From the NCBI GenBank assembly GCA_010909165.1, contig MU008196.1, positions 496,001 to 560,000 on the forward strand: a stretch of 64,000 nt of DNA. The letters are read 5' to 3'. Each line of letters opens with the position of its first letter. The stretch's first letter is position 1. Positions 35,701 through 47,400 of the stretch are shown piece after piece. A program made the position numbers and the translations under genes. This DNA comes from Anthoceros angustus. Taxonomy: Eukaryota; Plantae; Anthocerotophyta. The notes beneath the pieces were generated by a model. The model saw only the letters and a program-made list of their open reading frames with translations, searched no databases and was not told where the DNA came from.

Positions 35701-37066
35701 GAGCAGATCCGTAGTGCGCTTGCTGTTGATGCCACGGCGGTCGAAGCTCGCAAAGCTATACAGGACGGATCCATTGGTGGCGGGGAGCATGACGGGTTGC
35801 TATGGCATTCAGCCAAGCTCTTTATTCCACAGTTGCCACATATCCGCCGGGAGATCATTGCTGAAGCCCATGATTCACCATCAGCTGGCCACCAGGGTAT
35901 TCAACGGACGCTACTAGCTGTCCAACAGACCTTTTACTAGCCCCAACTGGCTCAGGAAGTACGTGACTATGTAGAACTGTGCGATACTTGTCAGCGGAAT
36001 AAGGCACCCCGACGGAAGCCTGCAGGGTTACTCCAACCGCTCCCTGTCCCGCTCATGCCTTGGGACCAAGTCACTATGGATTTCATTGTCGGCCTTCCCC
36101 CAACACAGGCAGGCCACAATGCGCTCCTAGTCTTCACCGACAAACTAACACGTTATGTAATCGCTGCAGCCACAATCGATACTTGCATATGAGCAAAGCG
36201 ACTTCCTTTGAGTGGTGTATCACAAGATGGTCTCCCACCGCTCATTGTCGATGATCGAGACCCGCGGTTTCTGTGGCACTCGCAGCGTGTGCATGCAGGA
36301 CTAAGGACTAAGCTATGCTTTTCAACAGCCTTTCATCCACAGACGGACGGCGCTACAGAACGCGCCAACCAAGTTCTTGAAGATATGCTGCAAGCATACA
36401 CCGGACTCCAACAGGAGCGCTGGGATGAGCATCTTCACTTTGCGGAGTTCGCATACAACAACGCCACCAACAGTTCTACAGGCGTCTCTCCGTTTATGTT
36501 CAACAAGGGATGTCCCCGTAGCCACGGAGTTTCTAACGACACGGATTGCCCTACAGGAACAAGCTAGACGCCTCGCTCATGAGGCACAGAACCGCCAGGC
36601 ACAGGCAGCAAATCGACACCGGCGGCCACAGGAGCTCCAAGTCGGCGACTTCGTCCTCCTATCAGCACGCAACCTACCTCCCATCGTCGGCGTCCGGAAA
36701 CTATCACCACGTTTCTTTGGTCCTTACCAAATCATACGCCAGGTAGGCCCCGTCGCTTATGAGCTTGCTTTACCTCCCAAGTCCCGTTTGCACCCTGTGT
36801 TCCACACCTCTCTCCTCAAACCCTATCATGGTCCTCCTCCCCCACGCCCACCCCCTATCCCTACTGACACAGGTCCCGAGTACGAGGTTGAAGCTGTACT
36901 TCGACATCGCCTCATCAAGAAGAAGCTCCAGCTTTTAGTTCTTTGGCAAGGATACCCACTATCCGACGCCACGTGGGAACCACAGGATCATCTCAAACGC
37001 ACCCGCATCCTTCACGACTACCTTGTACGTCATCAACTCCGTTACCCCCGCCGTGGTCGGCTTTAA
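32750..37066 (+). pseudogene. gag-pol of the chromovirus (multiple frameshifts, one TAG at ~35938)
   Basis: ORF fragments 32751, 33297, 33821, 34210, 34883, 35599, 36208 and 36377 tile gag-PR-RT-RH-INT-CHD. Confidence 0.93.
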
Positions 37067-37079
37067 ACCCCGGGTGAGT

Positions 37080-37263
37080 TGTCACGACATAGGGTTAGGG
37101 TAACCATGGTTAAGAGGTATAGTTAGGTTAAGAGGTATAGTTAGGGTTAGGGTAACCATGAGTGTAAAGGCTACTTAAGCCACAATCAGTCGTAATGAAG
37201 GCAGAGCTAGTTGTGTGCTTCCACGCCCATTGCTCGATCGCAGCCAAGTTCATGGCTATTACA
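37080..37263 (+). repeat. 3' LTR (184 bp)
   Basis: TGTCACG...ATTACA followed by the TSD TTCGT. Confidence 0.97.
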
Positions 37264-38136
37264 TTCGTCATCACTTGGTCCAACTTCTCCAGCATTGTCA
37301 TCACTATCTTCAGCAACACTTTGACTCGCAGGCTGCATGAAGCCTGCGAGTCAAAGTGCTGCTCCCTTATGGAGCTCACAGAGCTTATCCCTTATCACTT
37401 TTTTGTCCACCGCTTACAAATATTTCCGTGCGTTCAACACAAACCTATAATATAGGATGACTGTTTCAATCACAAACACCTCCTGTATGTTTTTTGGGTA
37501 ATGGACCTTATTCCCTTTTTTCCTCGGCATCAGACCAGATGGGTTGGCACTCTGATGGACTATGTATTCCTTCTGCACATATCTCCCTTCGTACGCATCT
37601 ATGTGCTCGGTCCGATACCAATGGATAAAAAAGTGAGATCATGGTGCATCTAGCTTTGCGTCAATGACCTCCCCAATCCAGAATGGCCTATTATGCGTTT
37701 TTGTAGTGCACGACATTGCCGGAAACATCCCCTTCTGGATTTCCGTTATGTCCCCATTCATCCGCGCCATTCCCGCTGTTGCCTTCTGGCATTTTGATAT
37801 GCCCCCAAGTACATATCACGCTGTGGGATGTCCTCAATAATGCCTCATCCGGCCAAAGCTTCATCCGCACTTGAAGTAGTCGGTTGTATGATCCATACGC
37901 ACGAAAACCACTTCAAGGACACTCTAGCATTAGCCCGATATTATTCTCCACAATGACAGTAATCTCCTTCTGGTCCACCCAAAAGGCTTCCCACTACTTG
38001 TACTCTTCAGCAGTCACCTATGGATGCAAATCTTTTAACCCTTCCTGCAAATAGTGGGAGTAGAATTAGAAGTGCGGAACTTACTGTAGAACAATATGAA
38101 GTTTCTATGGGTTCCATCCCACCTGAACCAATCCTC
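37264..38136 (-). mobile_element. Diverged Sola-like relative, internal part
   Basis: Reverse complement homologous to ~3830-4500 (NRPFWIGEV vs NRPFWIGKV; GGTGGACCAGA shared). Confidence 0.6.
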
Positions 38137-39330
38137 AACACGATATCTTTCGAAGGGGGTGAATATTCACGAAGAGGGTTTTGTGACATATATCCTCTGA
38201 AGGGGTTTCACATGGGTCTTGTGGTGGTTTTGAGGTATGAATGAATATAAAGCGAGAAAAGAAGGGTGGAAATTCATGTGAACCCGGTGATACAAGGTCC
38301 ATTTCATGCCGTGAAGGGGTTATGGTGCAAGAGGTAACCCTATTTGGGGTGCATTTAAGACCCATGACAAGGGCCATTCTTTGCCGGTCCTGCGGTCTTT
38401 CTCGCACAACAACCCTAAAGATTCGTAAAAAGCACGGTGATCAAAATTGGATGAGAGGCGAACCTGGCGGGAGCAAAGCATGTCGAGGAGTAGGGGCGCC
38501 GGTAGTGCCTCTGACATTGCGGAAACATCCCTTGATTTCCGTTATGTCCCCATTCATCCGCGCCATTCCCGCTGTTGCCTTCTGGCATTTTGATATGCCC
38601 CCAAGTACATATCACGCTGTGGGATGTCCCTCAATAATGCCTCATCCAGCAAAGCTTCATCCGGCACTTGAAGTAGTCCGGTTGTATGATCCACTTCTGC
38701 ACTTGAAAACCACTTCCAAGGACACTCTAGCATTAGCCCGATATTATTCTCCACAATGACAGTAATCTCCTTCTGGTCCACCCAAAAGGCTTCCCACTAC
38801 TTGTACTCTTCAGCAGTCACCTATGGATGCAAATCTTTTAACCCTTCCTGCAAATAGTGGGAGTAGAATTAGAAGTGCGGAACTTACTGTAGAACAATAT
38901 GAAGTTTCTATGGGTTCCATCCCACCTGAACCAATCCTCAACACGATATCTTTCGAAGGGGGTGAATATTCACGAAGAGGGTTTTGTGACATATATCCTC
39001 TGAAGGGGGTTTCACATGGGTCTTGAACTGGTGGTTTTTGAGGTATGAATGAATATAAGGCAGAAAAGAAGGGTGGAAATTCATGTGAACCAGTGATACA
39101 AGGTCCATTTCATGCCAGCGAAGGGTTATGGTGCAAGAGGTAACCCTATTTGGGGTGCATTTAAGACCCATGACAAGGGCCATTGTTGGGCACGGCATCA
39201 TCGCGGGTCTTTCTCGCACAACAACCCTAAAGATTCGTAAAAAGCACGGTGATCAAAATTGGATGAGAGGCGAACCCGCTGATGGCCGGGGAGCAAAGCA
39301 TGTTTGAGGAGTAGGGCGCCGGCGCGCCTT
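37712..39330. repeat. Tandem duplication, unit ~803 bp, including one TIR
   Basis: Identical ORFs at 38007 and 38810; TIR at 38137 and 38940. Confidence 0.9.
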
Positions 39331-41165
39331 TCCGGCATTGCGATGATGCCTTGCGAAAGGCGGAGTAGCAGCCCATAGCGGGATGTGTGTACAAAAGACT
39401 TTGGGTGTGGGGTGGTGGGTGGCTTCGCACACCCTCAATTGTGCCGCAAATATAATCACATGGTTCGATCCCCATGCAATCGATGAATGAAGAAAAGTGT
39501 GGGGCAACCGGTTCCCGCCAACATATCGCCGCAGAAAAACATGCCGCAGCTCATCGTGTGTTACTGTTAGTATGCCGCAATGCCGAGCGCAACTACCACC
39601 ACACTCCCACATGTCCTTCCGCATGTAATGGAAAAAGGCTTGAACATTGGAAGTTATTAAGCATGGGAAGTCTACAAGCACAGAGCAGCACAACCAAATT
39701 CCTATCATGGGCCTAGACTCTTTTCGAAATATGTCTGCGCTTGGAAATGTGCACTCCAAACTACAGGAATTGAGCTTCACGCATAACCTCACCAATTGCC
39801 CGTTGAAGATGACCTAACATTCAGAGGGTTTCCTACTCTTCGCCAGACTCCACGCCATCATCTTCGTTGGGCACGGCATCATGACCATCATCTTCACTAT
39901 CCTCGGTGGCACTTTGACTCGCTGGTTGAATAAAGCCTCGCAATTCAATTAAGTTATTCTTGATTGCCTTCTTATCCACAGTACAAATGTTTCCGTCAAG
40001 TTGAACTCATAATAGAGGATGACCGTTTGGTGAACAAAAACCTCTACTTACACGATTTCTCTGACGGTCTCAAAGTAATGCTATGCTTCACGTTTTGGGT
40101 ACTGAACATGCCCATATATTCTTGAGCGAAGCACATAGTAGTCTGAATGAATGAATGAAAATAGGTCCATAGGTGTTTTTGAAAATGTGTGCAACCATGG
40201 CATGAGAGGAGTTTCAATATACACATCCATAAAGAGAACGCCGGGCCCTTCCCCAACAAGCCTTGTACATGGGCGCGGCCGGCCTCCCCTAACAAGCCTT
40301 GTACATGGGCGCGGCGGCCCTCAGCCTTGTACATGGGCTGCCATTGATAAAATAAATAATTAGTGCTTCTAATGTGTTTCAACCTAGGATAGTTACTCAA
40401 GTGGTTTGGAAACAATGTGTGCATGAATAGGTCATGGGTTCGAGTCCTGTAGAGGCATGAAAAACTTCTTGTTGATTTTATGGGCGCATGGGCACGGCCA
40501 TTTAAGGGCGCTAGCATGCCCCTCTATTGAGGCTGACTTGAGGTGTGCAGGATATATTCCACAACGGATCCATGGGTATGAGGTTTTGCGGATCTTGTGA
40601 AGAATTGACATTAGAGGCCCACCGGAGGGCTTGCAGTCAGGCAAAGGAGGTGTGTATCAACGAAGGACTCTTTGAAAGCGCGGTGGTTTCTTTGAATGCT
40701 CGTCATGAAGACCAAAGCGGGAGGGAGCGAAGACTCAAGGGCTTTGGGCGAGCGATAGCTTTGATGAGCAGGCTGGGCGGATTGAAATTTGGTCATCGTG
40801 ATGGATTGAGTCCGCTCTAGCACCGATGAGTCACAAGTTAGTCATAGAGAGTAGGTTCTTTACGTAGGCACCTAGATGTGCTTCTTCTACGTGTTCGTAA
40901 TAACTTTTGGACCCGTTGTAGTGAGGCAATTGATGATCTCATTTTCCCTCTTCCTCAAAAACAAAGCGAAGGCGGCCGGCCTTCCTTATTTATTGTCTTT
41001 GTGTGTTGGAAGCGGGTTTTCATGATAACTACTCGTTGAAAAGCAGTCGACCTTTCTTGAAAGCGAGGCCAAAGCATATTTCGGGACTGTGTGGAATGTG
41101 CTAAGAGGGTTTCCATGTCACAGAAGGGGGTTCGGATATTCACCCCCTTCGAAAGATATCGTGTT
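38940..41165 (-). mobile_element. Non-autonomous Sola-like TIR element (2226 bp)
   Basis: Perfect 30-bp TIRs AACACGATATCTTTCGAAGGGGGTGAATAT (38940-38969 and 41136-41165). 4-bp TSD CCTC (38936-38939, 41166-41169). 38940-40050 is homologous to the reverse complement of ~4290-5352. Confidence 0.9.
40387..40457 (+). other. Degenerate tRNA-like or Pol III A/B-box sequence
   Basis: A-box-like TACTCAAGTGG (40394-40404) and B-box GGTTCGAGTCC (40437-40447) at tRNA spacing. Acceptor stem not intact. Confidence 0.5.
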
Positions 41166-41258
41166 CCTCCCTGACCATGCTGATTCCTTGCGATGCCCAA
41201 AATCAAGAATTCCCTGTCTTAGATTCCTTGCTAAAGGTCGAGCCCGAATATGAGGTAG

Positions 41259-42480
41259 CACTACTAGGGAGAGGGGTGTTTCACAAAACCCCTTTTGCAA
41301 ATCCCCCAATGTTTACAACGTCAAACCACGTTTCAATTGTTTCTCACCTCAACGCCTTGACCGTTTCAGACTCAAACACACACGTTTATCGTTTTACGAC
41401 TAACTGCTCGTAACGTCCACCGAACAGGCCTGGCGTGACCAAACGTTTAAGGACTCGTTCGCGTCCGTATCATTCCAGTCTGTCGCTCGTTCTTCTAGTC
41501 CGTTCCTCTCACCACTCTCGCTACACACAAAACACCTCCGTTGTAAATTGGTTTAAGTTTCGCTGATGTGGCAAGTTTTAAGACTCGGTTTACAACGGGG
41601 GTTTCTAGTTGGATGATGTGGCACTCTTTTGGGTGCTCATTTACAACAACGGATTGATGACGTGGCTCCCACTTTGTAGATTACGTTGTAAAAGTCTTTT
41701 TTTTCAAAATTTGATCTTTATTTTTCTAAAAATCTTTATTAACATCACTAATCACAAAAATATTATTGGAAGCCATTTACAACAGCATGCGATGGCGTGG
41801 CTCCCTTGTTGTAGATTCGTTGTAAAAGCCTTTTCTCAAAATTTGTTCTTTATTTCTTCAAAACTCTTTGTTATTATTATTAATCACAAAAATATGTATT
41901 TACAACAGCATGCGATGACGTGGCTCCCTTGTTGTAGATTACGTTGTAAAGTAATTTTCTCAAAATTTGTTCTTTATTTCTTCAAAACTCTTTATTATTA
42001 TTATTAATCACAAAAATATGATTGGAGGCCATTTACAACAGCGATTGATGGCGTGGCTCCTTGTTGTAGATTACGTTGTAAAACATTTTTCTCAAAATTT
42101 GTTCTTTATTTCTTCAAAACTCTTTATTATTATTATTAATCACAAAAATATGATTGGAGGCCATTTACAACAGCGATTGATGACGTGGCTTTCTTGTTAG
42201 AGAAAAATGTTCTTTATTTTTTGTTAACTCTTTATTATTATTATTATTAATCACAAAAATATGATTGGAGGCCATTTACAACAACGATTGATGACATGGC
42301 TCCCTTGTTGTAGATTACGTTGTAAAGTAATTTTCTCAAAATGTGTTCTTTATTTTTTGTTAACTCTTTATTATTATTATTAATCACAAAAAATATGATA
42401 GGAGGCCATTTACAACAGCGATTGATGACGTGGTTCTTTTGTTGTAGATTACGTTGTAAAGCATTTTTCTTCAAAATGTG
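41259..42480 (+). mobile_element. Probable CACTA/EnSpm terminus with subterminal ~120-bp AT-rich repeats
   Basis: Starts CACTACTAG. Many direct and inverted TTTACAAC/GTTGTAAA motifs in ~7 tandem units at 41620-42480. Confidence 0.6.
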
Positions 42481-42759
42481 AGGCGGGGAGGGCTATTTTA
42501 AATTTGATTGGGGTTATTTTGTGGGGGCATGATGAGCGTCCATTCAAAATGCGGGCGTGCCACTCGGCTCGCACTCCATTAATCCCAGCCCTTACACACG
42601 ATGCATGGAGAGGAAAAAGTTGAGAGGGGCTAGTGCTCTAATACTAATCGTCACGCTCTTTAGCATTTTCTTTAGTGTTCTTATTGTGGCGGTACCACCT
42701 CTATGCCCACAAGCAAGTGCGCCTTGCCCGATGGTACATGTTCGTACATGCTTACCTTT

Positions 42760-43625
42760 CGCGAGCCATTGTATGGCCAGCCATTGTCGGGCGTTAGGCG
42801 CCATTGTTAGGCGTTATTTGGGCGCCATTGTTGGGCGTTGGGCACCATTGTCGGCGTTGGGCGCCATTGTTGGGCGTTAATTGGGCGCCATTGTTGGGCA
42901 TTAATTGCGCCATTGTTGGGTGTTAGGCGCCATTGTTGGGCCATTGTTGGGCGTTAATTGGGCGCCATTGTTGGGCGTTAATTGGGCCATTGTTGGGCGT
43001 TAATTGGTACCATTGTTGGGTGTTGGGCGCCATTGTTAGGCGTTAATTGGGCACCATAGTTGGACGTTAGGCGCCATTGTTGGGCGTTAATTGGGCGCCA
43101 TTGTTGGGTGTTGGGCGCCATTGTTGGGCATTAATTGGGCGCCATTGTTGTGCGTTGGGCGCCATTATTATTGGGCGTTATTTGGGCACCATTCTATGGC
43201 CAACCACTGTCGGGCGTTGGGCGCCATTGTTGGGCATTGGGCGCCATTGTTGGGCGTTAATTGGGCACCATAATTGGGCATTGGGTGCCATTGTTAGGCG
43301 TTATTTGGGCGCCATTGTTGTTGGGCGTTGGGCACCATTGAATGGCAAGCCATTGTCGGGCGTTGGGTGCCATTGTATGGCAAGCCATTGACGGGCGCCA
43401 TAGTTAGGCATTAATTAGGCGCCATTATTGTTGGGCGTTGGGCACCTTTGAATGGCAAGCCATTGTCGGGCGTTGGGCGCCATTGTATGACAAGCCATTG
43501 ACGGGCGCCATAGTTAGGCATTAATTGCGCCATTATTGTTGGGCGTTGGGCACCATTGAATGACAAGCCATTGTTGGGCGCCATTGTATGACAAGCCATT
43601 GACGGGCCCTGGGCACCATTGTATA
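42760..43625. repeat. Minisatellite, 18-22-bp units (TTGGGCGCCATTGTTGGGCGTT[AA])
   Basis: Dozens of imperfect head-to-tail units. Confidence 0.95.
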
Positions 43626-44229
43626 GCCGATCATATTTGTCGGGCGCAAGCACGGTTAACATTTCATCTTGGAAGGTTGATTATCTTTGTTTATCCAGAG
43701 AAAGGCTAGACAAGCTATAGCTTGGCATGGTTACTTGCTGCTACCATTGGCAAAAGTACCCATGGAAATTGGATCAACAGTGACAAAGGCATTGTAAGGT
43801 GTACAAATCAATTGGGAGTATGTTCGAAAAGGGACTCATAGTACGAGTCCCGCCTCATCGTACATGTTCGAGTTCCCACACGTTCAGGCGTCTTGGAAAT
43901 TTGAATCAGTGTATATTAGTAAATAGATTGGGGGTTTAGATTTTGATGGGGAGGTGGCGGTTCCGCCTTTTTGGGCCATATGAAGTTCTAATGCTTCCAT
44001 ATAGTCTTTTAATCATCTAGTTGGGCGTTAGGCGCCATTGCGTAGCTCTAGGCGGTTCCTCGGAAAATCTCTGAGATTACTTCAAGGATAAGTATGTCTT
44101 TGCATTGTTGCTTTCTCGACTACATACTCTTTCCTTTAGGGAAGTGGGGCGGGGATAACGAGGAAGAGTTTTGATGGGGGTGGAAGGCAGGGAGAGAGGG
44201 GTGGGGTATTTTAAATTTGCCATATTGTA

Positions 44230-44470
44230 TTGGGCGCCATTGTTGGGCGTTAATTGAGTGCCATAGTTGAGCGTTGGGCGCCATTATTGTTAGGCGTTGG
44301 GCGCCATTATTGTTGGACGTTGGGCGCCATTATTGTTGGGCGTTGGGCGCCATTATTGTTGGGCGTTGGGCACCATTATTGGGCGTTAATTGTGCGCCAT
44401 AGTTGAGTATTGTGCGCCATTATTGTTGGGTGTTTGGGCGCCATTGTTGGACGTTATTTGGGCACCATTG
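44230..44470. repeat. Same GGCGCCATTGTTGGGCGTT minisatellite, second block
   Basis: About 11 units, truncated by family A copy 2. Confidence 0.9.
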
Positions 44471-47400
44471 TGTGGGAGGGAAAACCCCGGGGCTTCCGAG
44501 GCTTCCCCCTCTAGCGGCCACACTTATCCCACTGTCGTTTCGTACGTTGGGTTTCGTCCCATGAGACTTGTGTGAAAGGTTGAGTCTTGCGGAAAACAAT
44601 CGCTACCTACAGTGACACAACTTCTCAGCCTTCTAAACAAGCAAGGCACCCTCTACTCTCCCTCTTACAGCAGCTGCACCACTTGCACTGCTCCAAAAAA
44701 TCACCAATCCTCGACCTACAACGACACAACACAATTGCAGGTCCTGCCTTAGCAGTGAGGAACCTATCACGGGCGTCCAGGGACCCCCTGATCCACACCG
44801 TCCCTACTTCTAAGACCTACTTCTAAGACCTCTCTTCTCCACTCTGGGAGCGCCCTTTTACTTGCAGATTTGGGATTCGTCCCTTAGGCTCTGCCTGTGG
44901 CCTTCCACTAACACCTACACTCTAATCCTCTACTCATCTCCTCATCTCCTCATCTTCCTCCTATTATAACCTCAGTTCGGGCTTACTGGCCTCGGCTCGC
45001 CCTTACGGCACAACTGCCTGGGGTCGGCCTCCACCAGCAAGTTCTTCCTTGGGCCGGTTGCTATGAGTTTGACACGGGCGGTGAGAACCTCCGAGTCTTT
45101 CCTGTAGTCTACCCTCAAGCCGAGAGTTCCACAGGCATTGCCACACACCCAAAGCAAAGCAATTTCACAGCAACCATTCACAAGGGGAGCAACTCGTTTA
45201 GGCACTTGCGGTGAGCAAGTCCTCCACCAAACACTCAGACCATGACTTCCTCTCTACGGTGACTGCGTTGGCTCACGGTACACGAAATTCCTTTACAAGG
45301 GCAAAGGACTCGATGTATGGGCGCAAGGCGTGATACTTTACTTTGTGAAATCCTCCTCCTCTTATAGGAGGCCTTCCACATACAACCTCCCCTTAGGTGA
45401 CCCTCTGCGGTCACCTTTTCCAATATTCTATTATTTCCTACATGACATTTAATGCACATCTAAGTCTCTTGTCGATCCTTGGTAAATTCTATTCTAGTAA
45501 CTTCACCTAAGATCATCCTTAAAGGATGTCAGTCTACATCACTTATCCTTCCTATTTTTCCTCTCATCATTTATGGTCTTTGACCATTCTAGTCCTCATC
45601 TTCTTTGGGGGTGGCGTCCTTGTGGATTGGCTCCCTCGCCCTCCTTTTGCTCTGTCCCTTCCCAGATCTTCTTCCTAGTGTGGGGCAAGTACCATTGCCC
45701 CTTCCTTCCATCATCATCATCATCATGAGGACCCAATGTCCTCCTCTTATAGGAGGCCTTCCACATACAACCTCCCTTGCTTCTCTTCCTTCTCCGCGCT
45801 GGCGCGCTCCTTCTTCAATCACCCTACCGCGGTAGTCGGCGGACTACGGGGGACCTACCATGGTAGTCGTCCTATCTCTTCTCTTCCTTCTTCATCATGA
45901 CACGGGTTGAAATCCTCTTTGCTCCTTTCCTCTTTTTGGTTTGTCCATACCTATCATGGAGCATGTCTTCAAAGGATCTTTCCCCATTGTTCCGATGTTC
46001 TTCCTTGGGCCTTCTTTGCATTGGTCTCCTCCCACCGCCTTGTCTCCTCCCCTTCGTGGGGTGAGAATTTCTCACCCTCCCCTTCCTCGTGGTCGGACCC
46101 GTCCTTGTCTCCTCCGGTGGGTTGTCTCCCACCACCTTCTTGTGGTGCTCCTCCGGGGTATGCCACCGACCCCGGCTCCTTCATCCTCGGAGGCCTCCGG
46201 CCCGACTCCCCATCAGCCGCGCCCCTGCCCTAGGTGATCAGCGGACTACCGTGGTAGGGTGACTACCATGGTAGTCGGCGGACTACCGTGGTAGGTGACC
46301 CCAGTGTGGCCCCCTCCTTGCTCTCCGCGCCATCTTCCCTCCTTGGCGCCGTGGTCTCTCCTCCGTCTCCTATCTCCTCGGACTCCTCGGAGTCCATATC
46401 ACTTGTGGCCTCATCAAAATCTGAGGCCTCCGGCTGCACCTGTTGCAGCTTCTTCCAGTCATCATCATAAGGACCCAATGTCCTCCTCTTGGCCAATCGC
46501 AATACCTCGTTGTTGGCCTTCAATATCCTGTTGTGAAGGTGGGCGCCCAGACTATGATATTGCATTTGGAGATCATCCAACTTCGTGGGCCACTCTCCAT
46601 CTTCACACCTACCCTTGTAGGCATCCCTTGAGGTGGTCAATTCCCCCACCTTCACATAGAGGGTCACATTCTCCTCCCTTGTTTCTCTTAGCTGGTTGGC
46701 CAATTTCGCCTGAAGGGCATAATCTGCCCAAAACCTTCTCTTCCTCACCACCAGCATTCTATGCACCACCTTCTTGTGGTGCTCTTCCTCTTGGGACCTC
46801 CTCCGCTCTAGGTCCGCTAATTGCTGGGCAAGCCCCTCCTTCTCCGCTTGCCACGCTCCTCCTCCTCCTCCTTGCTCTGCGCCATCTTCCCTCCAAGACC
46901 TTCTCCGCTTCTCCTCTAAATTGTACCGGGTCCTTCGCAATTCTTTTTCCATGTCCCGGATTTTGATGGCTTGAGTAGCCATCACTTGCTCCTGCGCATC
47001 CACTTGCTGGACCGCCTGCTTCTCTCTTCCTAGAGCCTCAGCCTTGCTTTTCCTCTCCTGCTCTAGTTGGGCGAAATGCTCCTCCGCCTTTTGCCTCCAT
47101 GAGTCTCTTTGGGTGGTTGCCCGGAGAGCTTTCTCCTCCGTTTGGGCCAACCTTCCCTCCAAGACCTTCTCCGCTCTCTGCTGGTCCACAAGATCCCGCT
47201 GGAGCTTCTCCACAGCCTTTTCCAACTTGGCTGCCTTCTCGTCGGACTCCATGGCCTCTAGCTGCCACTTGGTCCCTGCTCTTCTTTCCGCCATCTCTTG
47301 GGCCTTATTTGCCCGAACTTCCTCTTGACACGCCCATAAGGAGGCTGCTAGCTCCCTAGCCCCCTTCAAGTCCACACGACTGAGTGCCTCGGAAGAACTC

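Larger units (their letters stand above)
30383..37263 (+). mobile_element. Structurally complete Ty3/Gypsy chromovirus
   Basis: TG..CA LTRs 30383-30566 and 37080-37263 (184 bp, 1 mismatch). TSD TTCGT at 30378-30382 and 37264-37268. PBS TGGTATCAGAGC. Gag, protease LLDSGAS, RT YLDD, RNase H TDASD, integrase HHCC/DRDPRF/HPQTDG, chromodomain YEVEAVL..WQGYPLSDATWEP. Confidence 0.97.

Noticed and set aside
37697-37708. TTTTTGTAGTG as a CACTA right end
   Set aside because: It lies inside coding sequence homologous to ~4080-4140 of the Sola-like element, so it is coincidental.
40387-40457. Functional tRNA gene
   Set aside because: The acceptor and anticodon stems do not pair. Kept only as tRNA-like.
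41609-43662. Hydrophobic ORFs in the repeat arrays
   Set aside because: They are periodic translations of tandem repeats with no coding evidence.
41620-44470. Repeat arrays as CRISPR
   Set aside because: Units are head-to-tail and degenerate with no unique spacers. There are no cas genes and the context is eukaryotic.
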